This document shows, piece by piece, positions 51,810 to 64,000 of a DNA stretch of 64,000 nucleotides. The translations under genes were made by a program, and so were the position numbers. Source of the stretch: Lama glama (lineage: Eukaryota); assembly GCA_028534125.1 (NCBI GenBank), contig CM052843.1, positions 16,306,001-16,370,000 on the forward strand, written 5' to 3'. Within the stretch, counting starts at the first letter, position 1. Each line of letters starts with the position of its first letter. Under the pieces are notes generated by a model. That model ran no database searches. It was not told the DNA's origin and saw only the letters and a list, made by a program, of their open reading frames with translations.

Positions 51810-52020
51810 TATTTACTAAACTACTATACATGTTTACAACTTGCTTAACATCTGATCCTCAAAATAACACTGAGAAATTGGATTAGAGTTTATTGTGCCC
51901 AATTTATAAGAGAGAAAACTGAGGCTCAGATAATGTGGATTTATCTAGGGTCACACAAGGAAATGATGGACTTGGACCTGAAGCCAGACTGTTGGCGCTG
52001 TGGGCTACTCTTGGCAGCAC
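51810..52020 (-). mobile_element. MIR SINE
   Basis: atcctcaaaataac…gaaaactgaggctcaga…agggtcacaca. Confidence 0.7.
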
Positions 52021-53124
52021 ATCCTGATGTAGATCACTGCTCCAGGTATTCACCAAAGGCATCAGGCAATATTAATGAAGTGGTCATGTGAGAATTTCAA
52101 TTTGCAAGGTAGGAAAGTTCTGTCTCAGACGATAATTATAAGTTATTTTAAATTCAATGTAGCATGTACTTGGCTTATTGACTGCCTAATTGATAATTTG
52201 TTATGAGCAAAGAACATGATTAAAATCAAATGCAAACTCACAGCTCTTTTGAACACACTAAATATTTTTGTCTTCATTTTCCAAACTTGTTATACCTAGA
52301 ACCTACCTCTCATAGCATTTGATTAAAAAAAAAATAAAAAAACCTCCATTATTCAGATATTAAAAGCAAGGCACAGGGGAACCTACAGAGACCTTTCACA
52401 GACCCTTCAAGTATTAATTCACTCTCAAACACCTGCCTGCCTAACAGGTAACAGATAACTGATGAGGCTAATATGTTTCTATAATTAAAAGGTTTACATA
52501 ATTTTAAAGATTACAGGGTGCATATATTAAATTTAATGCTATGAATGCATAATTCAAAACTTAGACAAATGTATGTTTAGCATTGAAATTTTCAAATCCA
52601 ATAAATTGATGTTTAAGTCATATAATAAATGATACTAGTAAAAATAATAATAATAATAAAAGTAGTGATAATGTATCGAACTCTTAGCCTGTCTGCCATT
52701 CTGCTAGAATATTTTAACATAAAATATCATTAATATTCCAAGGAAACTTCTGTGGCAGGGACAGTTTGAGGGAAAGTAAGGAGACACAGCTGCTAAGCAG
52801 CAGATGCACAGTTTGAACAAGGTCTAACTCACTCCAGGCTCTCAGTTCTCAACCCCACCGACTACTTCTCAAATGAATGCAGCCTTACACATAGATATTC
52901 CTCAAAATCTCAAACTTTACAATGATTTTGTCTTGCTCACGCTAGTCTGTTATTCTTTTTCTTCTATCAGTAGCAGCCCCTTCAGGTATTCAGCTCCCTC
53001 TACCAATCCAATTATTCCAGGCTCACAAGAAGCCTACACACGGATAACTTTCACCTCAAGCCTTCCACGGGACGAAAAGGAAATCAGATTCCCAGGAAAC
53101 AGCAACATGTATTAGTCATCACCT

Positions 53125-53370
53125 CACTTATTCATTCATTCATAGTAAATATTGACTGGTGGGCTACCCTTTCAGATCGGCAATAGTAGAGATGAAAAAG
53201 AAAAAAGTCTGCTCTCAAGGAATTTGTTGTCTTCTGTGGTGGGGCAATGGGACACGTATACAAAACAATCAGGCAAACATCACGATAAAGGAGGGTACAG
53301 GTGCTGTGCGATCCCAGGGAAGCTGACAGTTAGCTCACCCATGAAGGATGGATCAGAATCAGTATGAACA
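53125..53370 (-). mobile_element. L2 3' fragment
   Basis: ttattcattcattcat…aaatattgact…ctgctctcaaggaattt. Confidence 0.55.
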
Positions 53371-55419
53371 GTGACATCAAGATAAGGCAGAGTCTGAAAT
53401 GTTTCCAGAACACTCAGACGTTCTCTGTGGGTGAGTGAGCAAAAGCAGGTGAGGAGGTGGTGTTTCTGGGATATGGGGAGGTTGGGCTAAAACTTGGTGG
53501 GGCTGTTGCCAAATTTACTGCAGCACTGGATTCCATTCAGCCAAAGGGAGCTAACTTTATAAATCTGAGTTTACAGGTACAATGCTGAAGCTCATAAAAA
53601 TGAAAATTAGATTTTAAGGTAAAACATTGCGAGTGATGAAATGGACCAATCCATCTCCCCAGTGGTCCAGCTGCCTGCCTGAAAATGTCATAAGCTGCAA
53701 CAGTGAAGTTCTCACACTGAAGGACCACATCCAGTCTCCGTAACAGATGTACACATGTTTGTCATTCTTCTGGTGTATGCCCGCAAACTCTATTCCCACA
53801 TGCAATCTGTAGCTGGCAATGGAACCAGCCTAAACACAGCAAATAAAGAATGACAGTGGGCATGTTTCAAAAGATTGTAACAGGCTTACAAGATGTGTGG
53901 TGATAATGGGGTTGCATGACATTAGTATTAAGAGCTTCAGAATAATCCTCCCTTTATCGAGTCATAATTTGTTAAATTGTCGTGTGTATTTTGCGATCTT
54001 ATTTGACAATGCAGATATTCAAAACTCTTGGAAAAAAAAACTGAAAGGAGTGCATCACTCAAACATTAGGCAGTTGAGTAGTCACTGAGCCCACTTGGAA
54101 ATTCAACCGTCTCTTTACAGTAACAGCATTGTTTGAATTACAACACGGAATGCTGCCTTTGACTCTAAAACTGTACCACCTCCTTGACAGTCATATAAAA
54201 AAAGGAGAGTGAACTGTCATTTTAGAAACCAGTGCCTCCCTCCCAGCAGACGTCCACGTCCACATTGCCTTTATCTCTTTGCCTCAGCGTGAGGCACTTC
54301 CTCAGGACTCTCCCAAACTCTGCCATCCGTGAGCCCTGCACAGCTGGCCTTTTTCCACTGAGCAACCCCCAGAATTCTGGGTTTTTGATGATTACCAAGG
54401 CAGCACAGATTCTCTCAGTGTCTTAGCACAACCAGTGCCATTTTGGACACCAAGCACAGCATGTCAGTAACCTGCTCTGCCCTCTCCAGCTCATCAGTGC
54501 CCCACGGCCAGTGACCTCCTGAGCTGTGCGCGAAGTGCAGTGAGGCTAATTAGGACCTTCGGTGATATTTTCAGTGCTTCAGCCTTTATTCTGACGATGG
54601 TGAATTCTCTGATCGAGCCTGGTCTAGGGACTGGGTGTTCCAGTTATTGGTCAATTGAAAGAAAGAAAGTACAGGTGTCAGAGGTGTCCATGCTTGTGAG
54701 AGTCGGGCTGGGCTGAAATGACATGATCGATTGTGTCAACCTGCTGCCTCCATTGTGTGGAGTCACCAGATACCTACATAGCAGCGAGGCAACTTCCAAA
54801 ACTGTCATCTACCCTACTGTACAGGGCCCCCCTCCCCATCCCGGTCCGTCCAGCCTCTCCTCAGAAAGATGACGCAGAGTGAAGTCACCAATCACCGTTT
54901 ACTGAGCCTTGAGACAATCACAAACAGTAGTAAGAGCAGGAAAACTGCGCCGGGAAGATTAATAATGTCCTTCCCACTTTTCCAATCCATGGTGTGTGTC
55001 CAAAGTTTTCTCTATGAGTGTTTGTGAAGCTGTAATAAAGGATATTACTTTTTCACATAGCCTGGGGTCAAAGATACCACGTCCAAAATCAAATGCAGGT
55101 GAGCAAGACAGCCTGCTCAGCTTCGGGTGAGCGGTACCGGAGATGAATCCTGCTTCCAAGTTTCATTTGAGCAATATTTCAAATTACCATGAGGGGATGG
55201 TCTGGGTATTCAATACATTAACTGTCTGAGCACCAAATATTCAGATGAAAGAATTTACACAAAGAAAAATTTAAAAGAAGGAGGAGGAGAAGAATGGGAA
55301 TAAGAAGAGGAAGAAAGAACGAAGGAAACCATATGACCCCGAGCCAAGGATGCAATGAATTAACTCCTTATATGACTGTTCATCTTTGAAGAGACAGATT
55401 CTCACCTATCCAGGTTCTC

Positions 55420-55890
55420 TTTTTTCTTTTTTAAAAAATTTTTTACTGAAGTGGAGTTGATTTACAATGTTTGTTTCAGGTGTACAGCAAAGTGATTCAG
55501 TTATACATTTACATACATATATGTATTTTTTTCAGATTCTTTTCCATTATATGTTATTACAAGAAGTCGAATATAGTTCCCTGTGCTGTACAGTAGGTCC
55601 TGTTGATCTATTTTACATATAGTGATGTGTATCTGTTGATCCCTAACCCCTAATTTATCCCTCCCCACCCTTTCCCCTTTGGTAACTATAGTTTGTTTTC
55701 TATGTCTGTGAGTTTGTTTTTGGTTTGTAAATAGAATCTGTACCATTTTTTTAGATTCCATATATAAGTGATATATGATATATGTCTTTCTCTATCTGAC
55801 TTACATCACTCAATATGATAATCTCTAAGTCCATTCATGTTGCTACAAATGGCAATATTTCATTCTTTTTTATGGCCGAGTAGTATTCCA

Positions 55891-55944
<54 letters not shown>

Positions 55945-55965
55945 CACATCTTCTCTGTCCAGTCA
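55420..55965 (-). mobile_element. Lineage L1 3' end, antisense, with (CA)n at ~55893-55941
   Basis: T-tract, then gttgatttacaatg…tcaggtgtacagcaaagtgattcagttata…ccattcatgttgct.caaatggcaa.atttcattctttttatggc.gagtagtattcca. Confidence 0.9.
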
Positions 55966-55989
55966 TATGGACATCAACCTCACATTTAG

Positions 55990-57300
55990 GTTGTGAGGTT
56001 CCCTTTCTTCTAAACTCCAATGTCTACCTCCCCTTCCTGGAACTCTCTTCTCTCATAGCATCACTTTATCCATCTCAGCTGAGTCTCCACTTCTCCAACT
56101 TTCTCAGTCTCCTTTGCTGGCTCATTTTATTTTGCCTCTTAAATGATGGTGTCCCTATGTCCTCAGCATTTTTTCTTTCTGCTTTGCTTGTCCTGTGTGA
56201 TTTAATTCTGTCTCCTAGCTTTAACCACATACCAACAATTTCCCAAATTTCCTTTTGTCTCCATTCCTGATCTCACTCTTAAGCTGACACTTTCATCTGC
56301 ACTGCACATTTTCAGCTAAAAAGCCTACAACTCTTTCCTAATTAACATTGACTTATTGTCATCATTCAGCCCTGCCCCCTACCCATATTTCATAAATCAG
56401 TTAATGCATTATCAATCGCCTGCTCACTCAAGCTAAAACACTTCCCTTCAGGCTTCATGTCTGATCTGTCATTAAATCTTGAAAGTCAACCTCCAGAATC
56501 ACTCTCTAATCCATCGACTCTTCTCTTTCCCCAGGGCCATTGCCTTGTTTAGATTTTAGTCTCTCCTCCCCAGATAAATGCTACAGACCCCTCAGTGATC
56601 TCTCCAGCTCTGCAGTCTTGTCCCTTCAGTCCATCCTCAGTCCTGCAGCTCCGTAGGACATAGTTATGTTCCTCCACGTCCACTCTGGGGATTCTCTGAT
56701 TAACATAGGATTTTATCACGCTCAGTGTTTACTTGTATCCCAAAGCCTATGATGATTTCTCTAGTTGGTGGACCTAGTATCTTGTATTCTATCAAGTCAT
56801 AAGAAGGCAATGCATTCAACTTGCAGCTTTGGCTATTTCTATGAAGTTCTAGACAAACTTTGGCAAAGCCATCCTACCCCCTTTCATTCTTTTTTTTTTA
56901 TTGCATCAATTATCAAATCAATGGACATTTAGCAAATGCTACCATGAAACTGCCTCTGTGCTAGTTAGTGGGAGTTTAGAGATGGGCTCTCGAACAGCTC
57001 AGAGTTCGAGTCGGGGTGGCAGAAATAAATGGACAGTTAATACATCATGGGTTATAAGTCCAACGACAGAGTCCTGCACAGGAATTCTTGTGTCTATAAG
57101 GGATGAACACATCACCCAACTTGGGGTCTCCTTAGAGAAAGTGCCACCTGAGAAGAGTCTTAATGGATGAGTAAGAGGTGGCTAGCAAAAGGGCGGAGGG
57201 AAAGTGAGGTGCAGGGAGGTCAGCAGTCGTACGTCTGTGCAAGGACTTCCAAGACCTTAGGTGCTGCTGGAGCATCACGTGTGAGAAGAGGGTGGAAAGA
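55990..57300. mobile_element. Degenerate L2 fragments (sense ~55990-56750, antisense ~56890-57300)
   Basis: Pyrimidine-rich L2 body followed by purine-rich antisense L2; approximate. Confidence 0.5.
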
Positions 57301-58629
57301 GGAGGAAATTTTGCACAGTTAATAACATCCTTGGTTACAAGAAATCAGAAGTGAATATGAATATCTCAGTCAAGGAAAAACTTAGCATCAACCTGTCAAA
57401 AAAATCAATCAGTATGAACTGGCAATGAGATCATGATTATAAATATGAGCAGCATGAGAGATGCTGGGTTTTTAAATGACTACGCCCAGGCATCCAGCTC
57501 TTCCAGTAACAGTCAGTCTGGGAAGGCTGGGCTGTTCGTGTTTTCTTGGGATTGGTGACTTCTCTGTCTGAGTCCCCTTTCCTGCGGATCCCTGGGGAAT
57601 TACTCCATTCTGATCATTCCTCAGTTTTGTCTCTGTCAATTCTGCATTTTACAGACGCCGAGAAGCAGCGCCCCCTGCCTTCATTGCTGCCCACCCCCCA
57701 CCCAGTCTACGACCCATCACTATTCAGTGGACTCCAGAAGTCCAGGACTTTGGTGTCTGGCTTCAAAGAAAGCCCCAAAGTTACTCAAGGAATGGTTTTT
57801 CTGGGTACAGTCCAGAGCTGTCCTTTAAATAGAAACGCAGGGCTTTGCTTAACAAGCCCCGAGGCACCCTTCCTCTGGGACCGTTTTGAGTGTCTTAGGA
57901 TGACTTTTCCTGGGGGACTTCAGGAAATCCCAAGTCTGTCCTCTAATTTCTGTGTCCAAACAGGAATGAGAATTTAATGACTTCTTCCCTAACTTCATCT
58001 TGAAAAAAAAAATGATCACATGGAGAACAAAGAGTGATTTGAATTCCCACTTAAATTCCTGTGAAGAGAGATGTTCTATGAAAACCAAGAGATGTTTAAA
58101 AAAAAAAATCTTTGACTCAAAAGAAAACCAAGCTAAATTCTAGAATATTCTGGGAAGATACAAGGGCTTTTCTCATTGTCTTCTGTCGTTCCTTCGTCTT
58201 TGCCTTTCTCCCTTGTTTCTTTGTTACTGAGAATTCCACTGAGGGTGACTGGGACAGAAATACTCTGACCAACACGGCAAACGAAACTTGCGAAATAACA
58301 TTAAATAACTAAGGCTGATTTGCTTCTGAAAGTTTACTCTGGACCCTGGGGAATAGTATACTCCTAGCTCTTCTCCTAGAGTCATTGCTCTAGGATCAGA
58401 GACAACAGGCACATTCTGTCCCCTCCCTTCCTCACCTTTGAATAAGGTTCCTGTCGAGTGTATCCAGTTTTTCCAGAACCATCTTAGCCCCTATTCAGCA
58501 CTCCCTTCTCCTCAATGCCCCCCAACTGATGTGTTATTCTCAAGACTGAGAACAATGTGCGGCAAGTCCCAAAGGTGACAAACGATGTCCATCCACGACA
58601 ATGCCAACACGGAGGACAGGGTGGGGTCT

Positions 58630-58830
58630 TTGCACGTAGGACCCGGGTTCAAATCCAGACCTCACCACGTGGAAGCCGTGTGAGTCCAGGCATTGTGATT
58701 TCTCTCTGCACCAGTTTCCTCACCTGCGGAATTGGATGGCAACACCTACCTCACAGTGATGCTTTGAGGATTAAATGAGACCATATATGTAGAACCTGGG
58801 ATGGTAAGTGGTTAATAAATTATAGTTCTA
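58630..58830 (+). mobile_element. MIR SINE
   Basis: gacccgggttcaaatcc…cagtttcctcacctg…acctacctcacag…tgaggattaaatgaga. Confidence 0.8.
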
Positions 58831-59254
58831 GTAAGAGCAATAATGAAATGAACCCATAAATATTTAGGTCGGTTCCTGTGGAAACACTCACATCTGAGGA
58901 TTAATTATTAGACTGCTCAGATTCAGAGCAATCAGCTAAGTAACATGTCAAGTCCAACACGACATCTTAGGTCCCCTAGAGCCCCGAGGCCAGCACCTGC
59001 AGACTACACTGGATGCATGGGGAGAAAAGGAAAACAGCGGATTGGAAAAGGAGATGGGGTGGGGGTGCGGGGGAGGCCGCCCCTGAGCCAGACCTGCCTG
59101 ACCCGGGTCCGTGCAGTCGGTCTCCACGCTGTGTGCTGTACACGGCAGGGTGTTCTGTCCTCTGAGAACCTTCTGGGTGCCCAGCACTGTGGCCCCACAC
59201 GCTGCCACATCCAACACCCTGCTCTGCAATCGTAAGAGCATCAGCTGAGCGACA

Positions 59255-59445
59255 CCGTTCTCAGTCCCGGCAGTGCCTCAGAATTATTCAGGGAGCTCTT
59301 CAAAAACCCCGACGTGCAGCCCCCCCGTTCCTTCTCTCCACCTTTGATGTCCTGGCTTATTTCATACAGTGCATGGCTCAGGAAATAAGTATTTTTAAAA
59401 CCTTACCCGTGGATTTTAGAGGACTACCAGGTTGAGAAGCACTAT
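59255..59445. mobile_element. MER5-family MITE
   Basis: gttctca…cagaattattcagggagct…gtatttttaaaa…ccaggttgagaagcact. Confidence 0.6.
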
Positions 59446-59539
59446 GGAAAAGTGCTACTTGTATTAACAGTAAAGATGATTAATAGCAAAGATGATCATA
59501 CTAACACTAGCCTGGATTGGAAGTTTACTTCATAAAAAA

Positions 59540-59631
59540 GGTGGGTGAGGGCAGAGCTCAGCGGCAGAGCCTGCGCTTAGCGCGCACGAGGTCCTGGGTT
59601 CCGTCCCCAGTACTTCCACTTAAAAAAAAAA
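59540..59631 (+). mobile_element. tRNA-Ala-derived camelid SINE (Vic-1 type), GC-shifted copy
   Basis: Aligns gap-free over 72 nt to the copy at 18151-18222; A tail. Confidence 0.85.
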
Positions 59632-59884
59632 GTACTTCACGCTGCTCCCTATGCTCAGTGCAGGTTACACAGCTTGCCAGTGGTGGATTCAGGATTGGAA
59701 ATTAGGTCTGAATGATTTCAGTGTTTGTATTTTTAACCAGTATCACATATGTGTCTTAGGTTAATTTTTAATTTGATGGGCCATCCATATAATATAACTC
59801 AATATTAGCATACTGCATGACTTCACTTCCTCCCAAGGTAACGTACAGTCATTTCAGCCGTGGTCACGGGAGCCTACGACCCTG

Positions 59885-60155
59885 GCATCGTAGGGTGGCG
59901 GTTAAAAGCATGCACAGACTCTGGGCCTGGATAACCTTGGTTCAAATACTGGCCCTACCACTAACCAGCTGAATACCTGGCTCTACTAGTTGCCATTTGC
60001 ATAACTTCTCTGTTCCTCAGTTTCCTCATCAGTAAAATGGGAATAATAATCATAGTTATTATTATTATTATAAAAAACCTTACAGAGTTCATTGTAGAGG
60101 ATTAAAGTACTGTGTGGTGAATAGTGTCTGGCATATGGTAAGAGCTATACAAGTT
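59885..60155 (+). mobile_element. MIR SINE, near full length
   Basis: gtggcggttaaaagc…ggttcaaatactggc…cttctctgttcctcagtttcctcatc.gtaaaatgggaataataat…gtgtctggcatatggtaag. Confidence 0.85.
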
Positions 60156-62271
60156 TTTGTTGTTTTTCTTCACCATTATGTACCTAATTGAGCCAGCGCC
60201 CAAAGGTGGGAATTTCAGGAATCATGGAAGCCTGGTGGGGAGACACTTTGGAAGGTTAGCTCTTTGCCACATTTCTAGGATCACACGACATTTGCAGCCA
60301 TTCGGTTCTGGATCTCGAGCACGCACGGGGAGTAATGTGTGTCACGTTTTTCTTTCCCCAAAGCATACGGTGTATGGATTCATTTTATGAGCTATCTTTT
60401 TCCTACGGAACAATTTCTGTTTCAGGTCTCAGAAGCATCTTAGGTATAAGATAGTTACAAAAGCCTGGTTATTTCCCATCCTTTCTCTTATTAAATTATC
60501 CACAAGGTACAATAAAACATAGAACAGTCTTCTGTTTATCCTTTCTGTTTATCAATTTTCAGACTTTGTCAGTGCAATAAACAGTACGTTGTTGAGGGGT
60601 TTTATTTCGCGTTTTCTATTTTAGAAATGTCTCTATTGTAAAAAATCTCCTGTTATGTGTGTATTAGTTTTAGTTCACAGAAGCTAGTATGCCTCCTCAG
60701 TACCAACTAGGTTCTGGAAACTATTTAATATACATATTTTTCTAATATTTCCTTAATCTCCTGTATTTTATAGGTGAGCCTCTTTCTCTGCCCTTGTTCC
60801 CAGAATGTCATTCCTCTCCTTCTCAACTTCCAGCCTGCATTATGTTTCGATGGGGGTCACGACTACTGTTTCTGCTCTACTGCTGACTCTCTCTTTCCCA
60901 TTTTGTCTCTCCGTGGGACTCCCAAGGTCCTACACCTCCCAGAAGCCGCCTCTCAGAATGAAGCAAACACCCCTACCTCCTAGAAATACGGTTTCTCTCC
61001 CCCAAGGAAGCTCACTGCACAGACGTATGAAAGAGAGAGTCATAAGCACCGTCCTGTTGGGAGAATTGTTTCCGGGGCTCTGTGGCTGCAATGAGGGAGC
61101 CGCAGTGCCCCATGAGAGCCGTGAAGTAGAGATGAGTAACAGCCAGTGTCGCTCCCTCCCCAGTGGCCTCTGCAGTGGCCCCGCACAGAGACGGCCCACG
61201 GCGCGCACTCATCCCATCACGGGGAAACACTTCTCACTGCCGCTGGGAAAAGGATGTGCTGTTGTCCCTGTCCTTGGCAAAGGACTCCAGAAGATGCCGG
61301 AGTGTGTGAGTGTGCACGTGTGTGACAACAAGGATGTAACTCTAAGCCCATCCCTGCCCTCATTCCCGTCCTGGCAAGGAGCCTGTGCCCACGCTGCTCA
61401 CCTCCACGTACACTTCCCCACGTGATTGATGCTCTAACATTTGTAACCAGCTGTTTCCTCCCCGCATGAGCACTTCCTGCGCTGCCTTTTCCCCTCTGCC
61501 CAGGGGATCCGTAATCGTTTCCTCTGATTGCTCTTGTACCTGTCCTATGTTTTCCCCAATCAAAGCTGCCTCTGTATTTGCAGTCAAAACACACATCTTT
61601 CCGTCCTAAAGTCACAGTGTGCTCCCTCCCGTCTCGTTTCCCTTTGTCTTGGTTTGTGGTGATTCATTTTAGAATCCCTGTGATCGCTTTATAGAGAAAA
61701 GCAGGATAATATTTATGGAACAAGAGATAGGGACAAACAGATAGAGGATAAAAAAAATAAATTACCCAAAATGCTGTATGTGGGGGAGTGTACAATGGCT
61801 TCTGAATGACTACAGAAACAAACAGATGGAAACGCTACGACAGGTCCTTGTGCCTAACAGTCCTTCAACAGCACAGAGATACATGGTTGTATTCTCTGCT
61901 CCCACAGTAATTGTTTCAAACATTGTGCACACTCAACTCTTCTAAATTCCATCTGCATAGCGCAGACAATTTACTACCCTGCCACCTCTCTCTGTGTTTT
62001 CATACGTCTCTTTCTCAGTGACAACATTTCTATAAAATAAGAGCCGTGGGTATAAAACTCCAAGCCTCTTACTTGATCGTGGCAGAGAGCAGCAAAATCC
62101 TTCAGCCTGGTCTTAGTACAAAGCTAACGTGAAACTGTTAGCCGTAAACTATAATGACGGTAGCCGTTAACATCTAGTGAGCGCTCGCCGTGTCCCAGGT
62201 GTTCTTCCAGATAACTGACTTCTTTGGTTTCATTTTATTCTCATCACAACTTCAAGAAGAATGTGTTATTA

Positions 62272-62333
62272 TGTACACCTGGAATATGTGTAGTTTACTG
62301 TACAGAAATCATACCCCAATAAAGGTGATGATG

Positions 62334-62382
<49 letters not shown>
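62272..62382 (+). mobile_element. Short retroposed insertion with AATAAA, (GAT)3(AAT)15 tail and 18-bp TSD, inside an antisense MIR (~62150-62500)
   Basis: AAGAAGAATGTGTTATTA at 62254-62271 and 62383-62400. Confidence 0.85.
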
Positions 62383-62384
<2 letters not shown>

Positions 62385-62779
62385 GAAGAATGTGTTATTA
62401 GAAGGACTTGAGTCTGAGTGATTTGCTCAAGTTCACGAGTATAGACCCCTTTGGTCTGACCTCATCACACTCCATGCTCTTGCTCTTACCCACTGCGCTC
62501 TACTATGATTTACATTGATTGGTTAAAATGTTTGTTCACATTCTTTATCAATAATTTTTTCTCACTTTACATCTACGTGAGTTTTCTCAGGGCCCTCAGA
62601 TTGCACCATCCCGGGAGCCCATGACAAACAATGTTCTGGAAGGTCTGCCTCTGGGGTTGGGCAGCGCCAGAGCCCGGGCTTTGCGCTCCTTCTCGTCAAG
62701 AATGATGCGATCTTCGTGAACACCCAGGATTTAATGAAGTGGCAACGTGAAACGGGTCTGGAGAGAAAAGGACATGATT

Positions 62780-62918
62780 ACCAAAGTGGTTGTCAAACTT
62801 TAGTGTTCCCTGAAATCACCTGTGGGAGCTTGTGAGACACGCCGACGTCCCAGTCTACCCACAAGCACTTGGTTTCAGTTTAAGGTGGATCCTGGGATTC
62901 GAAAATTCAACAAGCAGA
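62780..62918. mobile_element. MER5A-like MITE (truncated)
   Basis: agtggttgtcaaactttagtgt…aatcacctg.gggagcttgt. Confidence 0.6.
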
Positions 62919-62919
62919 G

Positions 62920-63105
62920 TGGCTAGAAGGGGTGGATGAGTACAGGGTTTCTTGGGGGGAACGATGGAATATTTTTAAATTAGGTTATGATGATGGCTGC
63001 AACACTCTGCAAACACACTAAAAAATACTGCATCAGATCCTTTAGATGGATGAACTCTAGGGCATCTAAATTGTATCTCAATAAAGCTGTTGAAAAAAGA
63101 AAAAT
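62920..63105 (+). mobile_element. L1MB-type 3' end
   Basis: gtacagggtttctt.gggg…gatggaat…gatggctgcaacactctg…tatctcaataaagctgtt. Confidence 0.8.
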
Positions 63106-63379
63106 CATGAGCAACGCTCACCACATCGGTACAGCCTACCAGGCAAGTCCCGCTGACCGCAGCTCCCAGAGGCCCGCGAAGAGCAGGGCTGGGATGGGCT
63201 GGGCTTCCGAGATGGAAGGGCTGTGGTTTTTTCATTCGCTTCAGAAAACTAAAGTACTTTATGACAAAGATACAGAGGAAAACATGGTCTCTTTTTGGTC
63301 CTTTCTAGACTTTGTTCCTTCTTTCCATTTTTTTCCCCCAGAGAGGACTGCTGTAAATGAGTATGTTTCAGTATCTCGT

Positions 63380-63890
63380 CTACTGGCTTTTTTAGTTAAG
63401 CCTCTTTTTATTATTTTTATAATCATCACTCTAGGAATGACAATACACATTCATAATTTATCATGATCAACCTTGAATTCGTATTACATGTTTTCACCTA
63501 TAATGTAAGGTATTTTAATTGACTTTTTAAAAATTTAAGAGAGAAAACAATCTTTCATATTTACCCTTATCAAACTTCTTTGTTGCTTACTGTAGATACG
63601 AATTTCCACCTGGCACCACTTCCCTTCAGCCTGAAAAACTCTCTAGCCATTTTGATAGTACAAATCTGCTGACAGCCATGTCTCTCATCTTCTATCTGAA
63701 AATATTTTTATTTAACCATAATTTTTGAAAGTTTTTTTACCATTCTACAGAATTCTAGGTTGCCATTACTGTTTAGCTTTTGCCTTTTAGCACTTCAGAG
63801 GTTTTGTTCCATTTTCTTTTGGCTCTCGTTGTTTCTGACAATGTCATATTATTATTTTTCCCTGTAGGTATTGATTTTTTTTTCTTTTTC
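63380..63890 (-). mobile_element. Old L1M ORF1-region fragment, antisense
   Basis: cccttcagcctgaaaaact…tctgaaaatattttta…agaattctaggttg…cttttagcactt…ttccatt…tgtttctga. Confidence 0.7.
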
Positions 63891-64000
63891 TTGGCTGCAG
63901 GATCATGAGGTCTTTTTCCGCTTTCCATCCCAGCTCCTTGCCTCTCTTACTCAGCAAAGTTCCCCAAGACAGAATTGTTGGGCAGAGAGGATTACTTTGT

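Noticed and set aside
53716-53829. 114-nt open minus-strand segment with a good acceptor
   Set aside because: Weak donor and no homology I recognise.
60805-61425. 206-aa ORF, and similarly 23187-23777, 23093-23581 and 35735-36175
   Set aside because: Non-ATG starts or repeat overlap, Ser/Pro/Cys/Arg-rich random composition, and no domain.

Overview
Mammalian, repeat-rich non-coding DNA (intergenic or a large intron). It is most likely camelid (camel/alpaca): there are two short tRNA-Ala-like Vic-1-type SINEs and cetartiodactyl-type L1 3' ends, and I saw no Alu, Bov-tA/BovB, PRE-1 or Can-SINE. I found no host-gene exon I can support. The only recognisable protein-derived sequence is a ~345-bp minus-strand processed fragment of GTF2A1L (ALF, testis TFIIA alpha/beta-like) at 20220-20565. 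It is intronless across an exon junction, frameshifted, has no poly(A) tail and sits between perfect 10-bp target-site duplications. It begins with 16 nt of antisense L1 3'UTR that stop exactly at a cryptic splice donor, so it may be a fossil of an L1-exonised GTF2A1L isoform. Other notable structures: an L1 with an apparent 3' transduction, a 111-bp 'orphan' insertion with an 18-bp perfect TSD, telomere-like repeats replacing an L1 3' end, a strongly GC-shifted SINE, a GATA/ETS/RUNX motif cluster, nested LTRs and a false 500-N assembly gap. Repeat family names come from recalled consensus sequences, not a RepeatMasker run, and many boundaries are approximate.
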